DNA of 64,000 nt from an uncultured Calditrichota bacterium (GTDB lineage: Bacteria > Calditrichota > Calditrichia > Calditrichales > CAYPHA01), in NCBI GenBank assembly GCA_964410215.1, contig CAYPHA010000012.1, forward strand, positions 6,308 to 70,307, in the 5' to 3' direction. How positions within the stretch are numbered: the stretch's first letter is position 1; every line of letters starts with the position of its first letter. The notes beneath the pieces were generated by a model. The model was not told the origin of the DNA. It made no database searches and saw only the letters and a list, made by a program, of their open reading frames with translations. Positions 18,220 through 27,707 of this stretch are shown piece after piece. The position numbers and the translations under genes are program-made.

Positions 18220-19119
18220 TTATATTGCCACCCCTTTAGATTGCAGGCGTTCCAGAAACCCGTCACCCATAATTTTATGGTATTTCAGGCCTACCTCGCG
18301 GATGCTGGCTCCCATGGCAAGTGCGAGCAACTGAAAATAATATATTACCGGTATTTCAAATGTAGTGTTACATTTCCGTGACACCCGCAACTGACCGAGG
18401 TCAAACGAATCGAAGCAGGTCGGACATATGAGTCCGAGGCAATCGGCCCCGGAATCCTTAACTGACTGGAATACCGTATGACTCATATCGATTGTCAGTT
18501 TACTGTCCTGACAGGCTTTACCACAACACATCAGATATTCTTTATGATTGACAGGGGTCGCGCCTGCAGCCTGAAATAAATCCGCCAGAATGGACGGGAC
18601 AACAGGATCCTCAACCTGCATAATTTCGCTGGGTTTGAGCAGGTGACAGCCATAGTGAATGGCAACCCTCAGATCCTCAAACGGGCAGATTATGCTGTTT
18701 TTTATTGCTTCGAGACCGATTTCATTTTTAAGTAATGTTACCAGATGACGTACCGTTACAGTGCCCTTGAATTCATGACCAACAGACTGCAGCCGCCTGT
18801 TTACTTTTGTCCGCAAGCTTTCATCGTGTTTGAGATGGTGGTTAACCTCGCACAGGGTCGAAGTGCATCCGCTGCAGACCGTTATGATATCCAGTTCCTG
18901 TTCTTCTGCCAGGGCGATATTCCGTGCGGCCAGGGTATACCAGTCAAGACGATTACCTGCTTTAAAATAAATGGGATCCGGACAGCAACTGAAACGGGGT
19001 TCATCGACCAGTTCTATCCCGAGCTTTTCAAGAGAAAAACGTACAGCACTTTCCATCTGCGGATATTTAAGGGGAATCATGCATCCCCAAAACGGTATTA
19101 CTTTCATTTTGCAGCCCAT
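18220..19119 (-). CDS. hdrB: heterodisulfide reductase subunit B-like (two CCG cysteine-rich domains)
   Basis: FWGCMIP..FSCCPDP and CGKAC/ICPTC CCG-type motifs. 299 aa. 6 nt after hdrC. Confidence 0.85.
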   Translation of the reverse strand: MGCKMKVIPFWGCMIPLKYPQMESAVRFSLEKLGIELVDEPRFSCCPDPIYFKAGNRLDWYTLAARNIALAEEQELDIITVCSGCTSTLCEVNHHLKHDESLRTKVNRRLQSVGHEFKGTVTVRHLVTLLKNEIGLEAIKNSIICPFEDLRVAIHYGCHLLKPSEIMQVEDPVVPSILADLFQAAGATPVNHKEYLMCCGKACQDSKLTIDMSHTVFQSVKDSGADCLGLICPTCFDSFDLGQLRVSRKCNTTFEIPVIYYFQLLALAMGASIREVGLKYHKIMGDGFLERLQSKGVAI

Positions 19120-19125
19120 ATTGAT

Positions 19126-19590
19126 TTAGTGATGTTTGAGGAGGATTTTCATATCCTCCAGGCAATCCGCTTTAAATTCAGGTAAATTTAATTCCCGACG
19201 ACGTTTCCTGATATGATCCGTTGGTGTCACGGTCAATCCCGTTGTCAGAACCCGTTCCCTGATGTTATTAATCACCGCCGGGCTGGTTTTCCCGGACCGG
19301 GACATATTTTTCAGGGTTATGATCACCTCGATCGGATTTACCGCCTGTGGACATCTCTCATAACAGTTATAACAGTTTGTACAATTCCAGATAAGGGAAT
19401 CAGCACCAATCAGGTCTTCTTCCAATCCATACAGGGCCTTCAGGATTATGGTTCGGGGATTAAATTCGGGTAAAAAACGATGGGCCGGGCAATCGGCTAC
19501 ACAGGCACCACACTGGTAACAATAATTATGTGAAAATCCGCCGAGCATTTTATTGAGCCGGTGTCGAAATTCAAAATTTACACTTTTCAT
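19126..19590 (-). CDS. hdrC: heterodisulfide reductase subunit C-like (2x[4Fe-4S])
   Basis: CYQCGACVADCP and CTNCYNCYERCP motifs. 154 aa. Confidence 0.85.
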   Translation of the reverse strand: MKSVNFEFRHRLNKMLGGFSHNYCYQCGACVADCPAHRFLPEFNPRTIILKALYGLEEDLIGADSLIWNCTNCYNCYERCPQAVNPIEVIITLKNMSRSGKTSPAVINNIRERVLTTGLTVTPTDHIRKRRRELNLPEFKADCLEDMKILLKHH

Positions 19591-19619
19591 ACTATTCCGC
19601 CTATTCGTGAATACGTAAA

Positions 19620-19769
19620 TCAGGCATCCGCTTTCTTTTTTATCTCTGTTCTTCTGACGCTGTTACTTCCGCATTTCGGGCATGCGCGCTCCTGTACTGT
19701 CCCGGGTGTGAAGGTGTCATCATATTCATGCCCGCACCGCAAACATTTGAAATGCCCCGTTTCTTTCAT
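19620..19769 (-). CDS. 49-aa zinc-ribbon protein (FmdB/CxxC_CxxC-like); not in the supplied ORF track
   Basis: My translation is MKETGHFKCLRCGHEYDDTFTPGTVQERACPKCGSNSVRRTEIKKKADA. GGAG sits 7 nt upstream of the ATG. The ORF fills the hdrA-hdrC spacer on the operon strand. Confidence 0.6.
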   Translation of the reverse strand: MKETGHFKCLRCGHEYDDTFTPGTVQERACPKCGSNSVRRTEIKKKADA

Positions 19770-19795
19770 GATAGCGCTCCGGATTAAATGTCTTA

Positions 19796-22270
19796 TTATG
19801 CTGTTGCAACCGCTTGTGCCCCGCTGTGCACTCCCTTTTGCTTTTTTGCCAGCTTTGCCAATTTTTTATCTTCTTCCTTTTCCAGGATAGCGATCGTCTG
19901 TTCAACCTCTTCTTCTGTAACCTGTTGACGCAATTCTTCCAGTTCGTACATCACCCGTGCAAATTTCTGCCCTTCTGCGGCGGATATCCATTCAAGCTGC
20001 AACCGCTCGGGGCGAATACCCCAGCGCTCCAGCTTATTCCATAGTTTTTCGATACGTTTTTGAGTCCACTGCACAGCGCTTATATAGTGACAATCGGAGA
20101 AATGACATCCGGAAACGAGCACCAGCGGTGCCCCTTTGCGAAGCGCATGCAATACAAATTTCTCATCAACCCTTCCGCTGCACATGGTTCGAATAAGTCT
20201 CACGTTCGGCGGGTATTGAAGACGGGAGGTGCCCGCCAGATCACCGCCTGCATAGGAGCACCAGTTACACGCGAATGCGACGATTTTTTCCATGGGATTC
20301 GTATCCAGTATCGCGTCAATCTGTGATATAATCTGTTCATCGGTAAAATGGCGCATCGTGATGGCGTCCGTGGGGCACTCGGCACCGCAGGTTCCGCATC
20401 CCGCGCAGGCAGCCTGAATCACTTCCGGATACATACCTGCTTTCTTGTCCGGTGCAATGATGGCATGATAGGGGCAGACTTTGGCACACATGCCGCAATA
20501 ATTGCAGACGCCTGTATCGATAACCGCCGTAATCGCTTCAATATCAACCTTACCGGCATTTAGAACGATACTTGCCCTTGCCGCGGCTGCGCTTGCCTGT
20601 GTGACACTATCTTTTATATCTTTCGGTGATTCAACGCAACCGGCGTAATAGATTCCTCTCGTGGGTGCATCGACGGGTTTCAATTTCGGGTGCGATTCGA
20701 GCAGAAAACCATCTGTACTGTTTGACAATGTGAGCATGTGCTGGAGGGATTTCATGTCCTTCCGCGGTTCGACTCCGACGGATAGTACCACCATGTCTGC
20801 TTCATGAACTTCCACTTTTCCACGGGTTGTATCTTCTACACTGAGAAACAGGCCCTTCGTTTCCGGATTTTCCCATACATCGCCCGGTATTCCCCTGATA
20901 TACTGCACACCGGCTTCTTTGCTTCTCATAAAAAGATCTTCAAATCCTTTTCCGAATGCACGAATGTCAATGTAAAAGACGGTGCTCTGGATTTCGGGAT
21001 AGTGGTCATGCAGGAGCAGTGTATCTTTAATTGTATTCATGCAACAGATGTTACTGCAGTAAGGATTACCCCTGTTTTCAGAACGGGATCCCACACATTG
21101 AATGAAAGCGATACGTTTTGGACGCGTCGTGTCGGTGGGACGCACGAAATGGCCCTCGGTCGGACCTCCGGCACATATCAGACGTTCAAATTCCATGCTG
21201 GTTATCACATTCTCGAAACTGCGGTAGCCGAATTCATCGAGCTCAGTGGGATCGTAGACGTCCATCCCTGTGGCAACAATGATTGTTCCGACTTCCAGGT
21301 TGATCATTTCATCCTGCATATCGAAATTAATGCAATTCTTCTGACAGGCATCCAGACATTTTCCGCAGGCAATGGGATTATTGCCGAGGCAGTGCTCCAT
21401 ATCGATCAGATAGGCGGAAGGAACGGCCTGCGGCAACTGAATATAGATTGCCTTGCGGGAAGAGAGACCCTGCTGGTATTCATCGGGTAGCGTTACCGGG
21501 CAATCCGCAACACAATCCCCGCATGCCGTGCAGGCCTCTTCATCAACATAACGCGCCTTTTTTCGTATTTTTACATGGAAGTTACCTATAAAACCCGAGA
21601 CATGTTCGACCTCACTATAGGCATAGAGACTGATATTTCGATGTCGACCGACATCCATCATCTTAGGACCGAGAATTCATATGGAACAGTCCATTGTCGG
21701 ATAGGTCTTATCGAGTGCGGCCATGACACCGCCGATGCTGGGTTCTTTTTCCACCAGATGAACCTGGTGCCCGGCATCAGCAAGATCCAGGGCGGCCTGG
21801 ATACCTGCAACACCACCACCTATGACAAGGGCCTGCTTTGTTACCGGTACTTCAGCCTCTCTCTGCGGTTGTAACACCCGCGTCCTGGCAACGGCACTTT
21901 TAACCAGATCCTTGGCTTTTTCGGTGGCACGCTCCTTGTCGCCCTGATGAACCCAACTGCAGTGTTCGCGTAAATTGGCCATTTCATAGAGGTAGGGATT
22001 CAATCCGGCTTCCGCCACGCATTGCCGGAATGTCGGTTCATGAATCTTGGGTGTGCAAGAGGCTACAACGACCCTGTTGAGCTTATGCTCAACAATAGCT
22101 TTCTTAATTTCGTTCTGTCCCGGATCTGCACAGGTATATTTGTTCCGGACAACGGCAACAACATCATCCAGTGTTTCCGCATACTTCGAAACGTCCTCCG
22201 TGTTGACCGTCCCTGCAATATTCAAACCGCAGTCGCAGACAAAAACACCAATTCTTAATTTTTCAGCCAT
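19796..22270 (-). CDS. hdrA: HdrA-like electron-bifurcating flavoprotein with C-terminal MvhD fusion; selenoprotein (UGA at 21677-21679 read as Sec)
   Basis: Track ORFs 21677-22270 and 19796-21661 are in one frame across a single TGA and read [17 protein letters not shown]. Domains seen: N-terminal Cys domain (IGVFVCDCG), FAD motif ([16 protein letters not shown]), inserted and C-terminal ferredoxins, and an MvhD-like tail ([12 protein letters not shown]). Confidence 0.8.
21632..21676 (-). promoter_or_regulatory. candidate bacterial SECIS element downstream of the hdrA UGA
   Basis: mRNA hairpin GAUGUC-GGUC-GACAUC (21655-21640) starts 21 nt after the UGA. A 39-nt stretch is identical to the second Sec site at 26854-26892. 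Confidence 0.55.
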
Positions 22271-22329
22271 ACATTATCTCCCATTAAGGTTGATAATTCA
22301 AGTATTTGCTACTTCTTACTTCTTACTTC

Positions 22330-23478
22330 TCACTGTAAACACTCCGCAACAACCTGTGTAAGGTCTTTTATCAGGAAACCACGCTCTTCGCTGAAAATGT
22401 CACTGTTACGCATTGCACAGGATAAATGAATCTGACACTTCGGGCAGGCGGTAACCAACACATCCGCGCCCGTATTCAGTGCTTCCCGAAGCCGTTGTTC
22501 CTGTATCTGTTTCGAAACCTGTGAACAGTTCATCCATGCCGAAACACCGCAGCAGGTCGCCCGTTTGTGGTGATGGGCCATTTCACTGAATGCGCCCCCT
22601 TTGATTTGGGTCAGGGCAGTACGCGGCGGTTCATAAATACCCAGATGCCTGCCGAGGCGGCAGGGATCCTGGTAAGTGAAATGTTGTTTACCGGATGGCA
22701 GGCTTAGTTTTTTATCCTTCAGCTTTTCCTCTAAAAACTCGCTGATATGATGCACTTCATAGGAAACCGAACCGAGATACTTCGGATACTCCACTTTCAA
22801 TGTACGGTAGCATTCCGGGCAGGATGTGATGATTTTTTTAATTCCCTGTTTAGTAAACTGATCGATATTTGATTCCGCAAGTTTCCGGAAACGTGTAAGG
22901 TCTCCGTTCCAGAAAAAATCGTGTCCGCAACATTTTTCATTCGGTAAAAGTTGTGGGTTTATGCCAAAGTAATTCAATATTCGCAGGGTGCTGACTGCAA
23001 TTTCAATGGGTTCGGCGCCGGTATCCAGGAAAATCGGATCATAGTAGGGCACACATCCGACAAAATAAAGATACTCACTGTCACGACTCGTTTTTAAATC
23101 CGATGAAAGCCAGTCCAGGCGGTTTTGCTGTAGTGTTTCATTTGTCATAATACGTGAGATGGTTTGAATGATCCCACCATGGGAACAGCTGGATTCATCA
23201 AAATGTCCTCCCGCAGACTCCCTGAGAAGTTGCATTAATTCTATATATTTAATATCAGACGGACAGATTGTGTCGCACTGCTGACAGGTCAGACAGCTCC
23301 AGAGATCCGGGGAATGCAGTGTTTGTTCGGTGCTGTTCCTCAGAGATCTGATCAGTATGGCACGTGGGGAAAAGGACGCGGCATAACGGGCAACGGGGCA
23401 TGTTCCTGTGCATTTCCCGCATTCAAGACAGGAATAAGCCCGGGTTTCGCGGATTTTATTCAGTACGGGATCCATCAT
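22330..23478 (-). CDS. HdrD-like soluble Fe-S protein (HdrC-type 2x[4Fe-4S] plus two CCG domains)
   Basis: CLECGKCTGTCP and CLTCQQCDTICP, then the CCG motifs FVGCVPYY..KCCGHDF and DPCRLGRH..TCCGVSAW..CPKC. Confidence 0.8.
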   Translation of the reverse strand: MMDPVLNKIRETRAYSCLECGKCTGTCPVARYAASFSPRAILIRSLRNSTEQTLHSPDLWSCLTCQQCDTICPSDIKYIELMQLLRESAGGHFDESSCSHGGIIQTISRIMTNETLQQNRLDWLSSDLKTSRDSEYLYFVGCVPYYDPIFLDTGAEPIEIAVSTLRILNYFGINPQLLPNEKCCGHDFFWNGDLTRFRKLAESNIDQFTKQGIKKIITSCPECYRTLKVEYPKYLGSVSYEVHHISEFLEEKLKDKKLSLPSGKQHFTYQDPCRLGRHLGIYEPPRTALTQIKGGAFSEMAHHHKRATCCGVSAWMNCSQVSKQIQEQRLREALNTGADVLVTACPKCQIHLSCAMRNSDIFSEERGFLIKDLTQVVAECLQ

Positions 23479-23496
23479 TCGTTCTCACTTGTTAAA

Positions 23497-24000
23497 TTAG
23501 TTGTCCTTGCTTTGCTGCCAGACAGTGTCTTTTTTCTGCGGCGTAATCTGAAATGGGGTAACCGGGTTCGGACCCAGAGTGCGGATCTGTTCCACCATTT
23601 CCCGGACAACAGCTGCAAATTTCGGAAATTCCGCCGCCGATATGAATTCCTGGCGTATCCGCTCTTTTTCGAATCCAAGCATGTATACAATCTGTGCCAG
23701 TTTTTTATACTGCTCGGCCGCTTTACGGGCACCGAAACTGTAGTGACAATCCTCGAAATGACATCCGGACACCAGTACACCATCTGCTCCCATTTCCAGG
23801 GCTTTCAGGACATGGGAGGGATCGACACGTCCCATGCACATGGTGCGAATGATGCGGATATTTGCCGGATACTGAAGCCGGTTTATGCCGGCCGAATCAG
23901 CAGCGGGGTAGCTGCACCAGTTACAGGCGAAAACCACAATCCTGGGTTCGAAGCCGGATTTTTTTTGTCTAACTGCCATAATTATTCCTTTTACAGACAC
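23497..24000 (-). CDS. mvhD: MvhD-like (methyl-viologen-reducing hydrogenase delta subunit family) Fe-S protein
   Basis: [42 protein letters not shown] is the MvhD signature. 3-nt gap after the tandem hdrA gene. Confidence 0.85.
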   Translation of the reverse strand: MSVKGIIMAVRQKKSGFEPRIVVFACNWCSYPAADSAGINRLQYPANIRIIRTMCMGRVDPSHVLKALEMGADGVLVSGCHFEDCHYSFGARKAAEQYKKLAQIVYMLGFEKERIRQEFISAAEFPKFAAVVREMVEQIRTLGPNPVTPFQITPQKKDTVWQQSKDN

Positions 24001-24003
24001 CTG

Positions 24004-27000
24004 TTACACGGTTGTTTCCGTATCCAGCAGAAAGGCCCTGAGCATAGATTCAATCTGCTGATTTTTAAAATGATGAATATCTATAGCTCCCGTCGGGCAG
24101 AAAGTGGCGCATGTCCCGCAGCCTTTACAGAGGGCCTCATTTACGGTCGCGTACCGGGTTCCGTTTTTGTCCGTGACTGAAATTGCGCCATACTCGCAGA
24201 CATCAACACAGGTGCCGCATGCCCTGCACAAACTCTGGTTGATAAAGGAGGTAATCGGTTCCATAAGGATGGTGGACCGGGCCAGTAAGGCATCTACTTT
24301 AGCCGCGACCGCATTGGCCTGGGCGATGGAGTCAGAAATGTCTTTAGGGCTTTGTGCACAACCGCAAATGAAAACACCCTGAATGTTGGTTTCCACCGGA
24401 CCGAATTTTGGATGTTTTTCAAGCAGAAAACCATCCATTCCCACGGGGATCTTAATAAACTGCTGAATTTCCTTATAGCTGTTGGAGGAAGGACGCATGC
24501 CCAGTGAAAGAACCAGCAGGTCAACCGGTAATTCAATCTCTGTTTGCAATCCGATATCTTTAAAACGGATTGCTTCGAGTCTTTTTTGTCCGATCAATTC
24601 GGGTAAACGGTCCGGATGATATTTAATAAAAGTGACGCCAAGACCGCGGGCTTCCCGGTACATCATTTCCGCCTCATGATGGTATACCCGGATATCCCTG
24701 TAAAAAACGGTGACCGCTATGCCGTGTTTTTGAAGAGCAATGGCCTGCTTAATGGCAGCCTGGCAACAGTATCTGGAGCATTCAGGCAGGCCGTCAGGAC
24801 CCCGCGATCCCACACATTGCAAGAAGGCGACACTTTTTACATGGGTATCGATGAATGATACATCTTTATCTTCCGCGAGTAATAATTCCAGGTCCATGTT
24901 GGTAATTACATTGTGATATTTTTTATAGCCGAATTCATTTTTGGATGGCTGGTACAAATCAAAACCTGTGGCAAGCACAATGGCACCTACTTCCAGCGGG
25001 GCGGGACTCTCCAGACCGTCATGCGTTTCCAGACTGACCTTGAAATTACCAACGTAACCCTGTATGTCCGTTATGGAAGCACCCGTATAAAAGGTTATTT
25101 TATTCTGTTCCAGTTCGTTCAGTTTTGCCTGGATTAAATCGTGTCCGGTCATGCCGCTGGGATAAAGTGTCTGTAATTTTGCCACCCAGCCACCCGGCGT
25201 GTTTTCACGCTCCACGATGTAAACGCGGTAATTCCGTCTGGATAATTGAATTGCCGTTTCGATTCCGGCAATACCCCCGCCAATGACGAGGACATTGTGG
25301 CCGATTTCCAGTTCCTGCGCTTCCAGCGGTTCCAGATTGCGAACTTTAGCAACCGCCATCCGGACAAGGTCTTTTGCTTTCCTCGTGCCCCCTTCATGGT
25401 CATCATGATGCACCCACGAGCACTGATCCCGGATATTGGCCATTTCGAGCAGGTACGGATTCAGTCCGGCCTTACCAAGTGTTTCACGAAAAATCGGTTC
25501 GTGGGTTCTGGGCGTACATGCGGCGATGACCACCCGATTCAGTCGGTTTTCCAGTATGTTATCCTGCAAAAAACGCTGGGTACTTTCGGAACAGGCAAAC
25601 ATCAAATCTTCCGCGTAGATCACGTCAGGGAGGCTCAGAGCGTATTTTTTAACGGATTCGACATCGATTGTACCCGCTATATTCGAGCCGCAGTGACAAA
25701 CAAATACCCCGATTCGCGGCGGCCCTGAAAAATCATAATCCGGGATTTCTTCTTTTGATTCCGGTAATTTATATGCGTTCATATACTGGGCTGCACGTAT
25801 AGCTGCCCCGGAAGCTTCTGCGATGGAATCGGTGATATCCTTGGGACCGGTTGCACAGCCACATAAAAACACACCGTCTTTCGTGGAAGAAAGCGGGTCA
25901 CCACAACTGTCGCGTTCCCTGAAAAATCCCCGGGAATCCGCTTCAATACCGAGCTGTCTGGCGAGATCGAGGGAACCTGAAGAGGGAACCAGTGCTTCGG
26001 AAAGAATCACCATCCCCGTTCGGTGACGTTCCGTTTCTCCGGTCTCTATATTTTCACTCAGTATGATGAGGTCTCCGGTTCCGGGATCTTCTTCAATCCG
26101 GGAAGGCTTACCCTTTATCAGGTTAATCTGTCCCTCTTTCAGAACCCGTTGATAGAATTGTTCGAAACCTTTACCGAAGGCACGAATGTCAATGTAAAAG
26201 ATATCAATCTGCACATCCGGGTACATTTCGCGGATTAAAAGGGAACTTTTAAGTGCATTCATGCAACAAATGCGGCTGCAATAGGGGATATCACGATTCA
26301 TGCATCGGGATCCGACGCATTGTATAAAGGATACCCGTCCTGGTGGTTTCTGATCTGTAAAACGTAATAATTTTCCTGCAGAAGGCCCGCTTGAGCTGAG
26401 TAGACGCTCCATTTCGATACTGTTGACAACATTCTGAAAACGCGTATAACCATACTCACTGGCTTCCCTGGGATCAAAATAGTCAATACCGGTGGCCACG
26501 ATTATGGCGGCAATGTCGAGCTCAATTATTTCATCATGCATATCCAAATCAATACAGTTCTTCTGACAAACATCGGCACATTTTCCGCAGGCTATGGGAT
26601 TTGTACCCAGACAGTCCAGGTCATTCCTGATATAGGCCGCCGGAACGGCCTGTGAAAAAGGGGAGTAGATGGCATGCCGGAGAGATAAACCTTCATCAAA
26701 TTCATTCGGCTGAAATACCGGGCAGATTTCCGCACAATCTCCGCAGGCTGTACATTCCGCCTGATTTACAAAGCGGGCTATATTCCTGATTTTCACCTTA
26801 AAATTCCCCGCGCTGCCTTTCACTTCTTCAAGGATGCTGTTGGTATAAAGTCGGATATTTCGATGTCGACCGACATCCATCATCTTAGGACCAAGAATTC
26901 ATATGGCACAATCCATACTGGGAAACGTTTTATCCAATTTTGCCATTGTGCCGCCGATACTGGGATTGCGCTCGACCAGATAGACCTGGAACTGCGCATC

Positions 27001-27105
27001 AGCAAGGTCCAGGGCAGCCTGAATACCGGCAATGCCGGCACCGATTACCAGGGCCCCTTTTTCTTTGTTGGATTTGGAAACCATTGAAATGCATCCCCTT
27101 GTCAT
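24004..27105 (-). CDS. hdrA: tandem (double-module) HdrA-like flavoprotein, about 1033 aa; selenoprotein (UGA at 26899-26901 read as Sec)
   Basis: Track ORFs 26899-27105 and 24004-26883 are in one frame across a single TGA and read [17 protein letters not shown]. Two dinucleotide-binding motifs are present ([16 protein letters not shown] and [15 protein letters not shown]). The start overlaps the OFOR gamma stop (ATGA); the alternative ATG is at 27084. Confidence 0.8.
26854..26898 (-). promoter_or_regulatory. candidate bacterial SECIS element downstream of the second hdrA UGA
   Basis: The same GAUGUC-GGUC-GACAUC hairpin (26877-26862) occurs at the same distance from the UGA as in the first locus. 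Confidence 0.55.
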
Positions 27106-27707
27106 TTCGAAATTTTTCGGGTTGAAGCGGCTTTTTCCCGTGTAGGTTTCAATAAATTTTTACCATACTCAAATCCTGTATCAAACGCTTTAAGATTTAA
27201 TTCTTCCGTCCCCGGCGGGACGGATGTTTCAACCGCCTTGCGGGTGGCTTCATATGTGGTGACACCGGTGATTGCCGAAAAGAAACCCACGGTGATGATA
27301 TTCATAATGATTTTTCTGCCCATCTCTTCCGCCAGACGGGTCGCGGGAATGGCATAGCATTTAATACCTTTGGGAAGGGAATCGGGCTGAACCAGATCCT
27401 TTTCTGTCAGCATAATCCCCCCTTTTTTTATTTCTTTACTGAACTTGTCATAAGCGTCTACAGACAGAATAATGGCGATGTCAGGTACGATCAGGTAAGG
27501 ATATAGGATAGGAGTAGATGAAATGAGTACCTGTGCGGAGCAGGCACTCCCTCGTGCTTCCGGACCAAAACTCTGGATCAGGGTAGAATATTTATTATCA
27601 TAAATAGCTGCGGCTTTGCCGATGATATATCCGGATAGAATAATGCCCTGACCGCCAAAGCCGGCGATACGGATTTCCGTTTTATCACTCATGATTTTCA
27701 ACCCCAT
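27102..27707 (-). CDS. 2-oxoacid:ferredoxin oxidoreductase gamma subunit (set 1)
   Basis: [15 protein letters not shown] motif. Overlaps the beta-subunit stop. Probable start MSDKTEIR at 27692. Confidence 0.85.
   Translation of the reverse strand: MGLKIMSDKTEIRIAGFGGQGIILSGYIIGKAAAIYDNKYSTLIQSFGPEARGSACSAQVLISSTPILYPYLIVPDIAIILSVDAYDKFSKEIKKGGIMLTEKDLVQPDSLPKGIKCYAIPATRLAEEMGRKIIMNIITVGFFSAITGVTTYEATRKAVETSVPPGTEELNLKAFDTGFEYGKNLLKPTREKAASTRKISK

Noticed and set aside
19561-19890. 109-aa plus-strand ORF spanning the hdrC-hdrA spacer.
   Set aside because: It overlaps the ends of two minus-strand genes and has no RBS. The minus-strand 49-aa zinc-ribbon ORF with a GGAG RBS explains the spacer better.
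20766-20776. GGTTCGACTCC, a tRNA T-arm-like string.
   Set aside because: It lies inside the hdrA coding frame, and there is no acceptor or anticodon stem context. I found no tRNA in the window.
20804-21490. 228-aa plus-strand ORF, and the 288-aa ORF at 23314-24180, inside the hdr operon.
   Set aside because: They are antisense to hdrA and to the hdrD-like/mvhD genes, which have unambiguous Fe-S and FAD motifs. They have no RBS or family signal.
21677-21679. Reading the TGA (and the one at 26899-26901) as genuine stops, which would make hdrA pseudogenes or split genes.
   Set aside because: Both interruptions are single in-frame TGA codons at the same conserved Cys position. Both are followed by the same hairpin. 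The upstream fragments are not viable stand-alone proteins. Selenocysteine recoding is the simpler explanation, pending detection of the sel genes.
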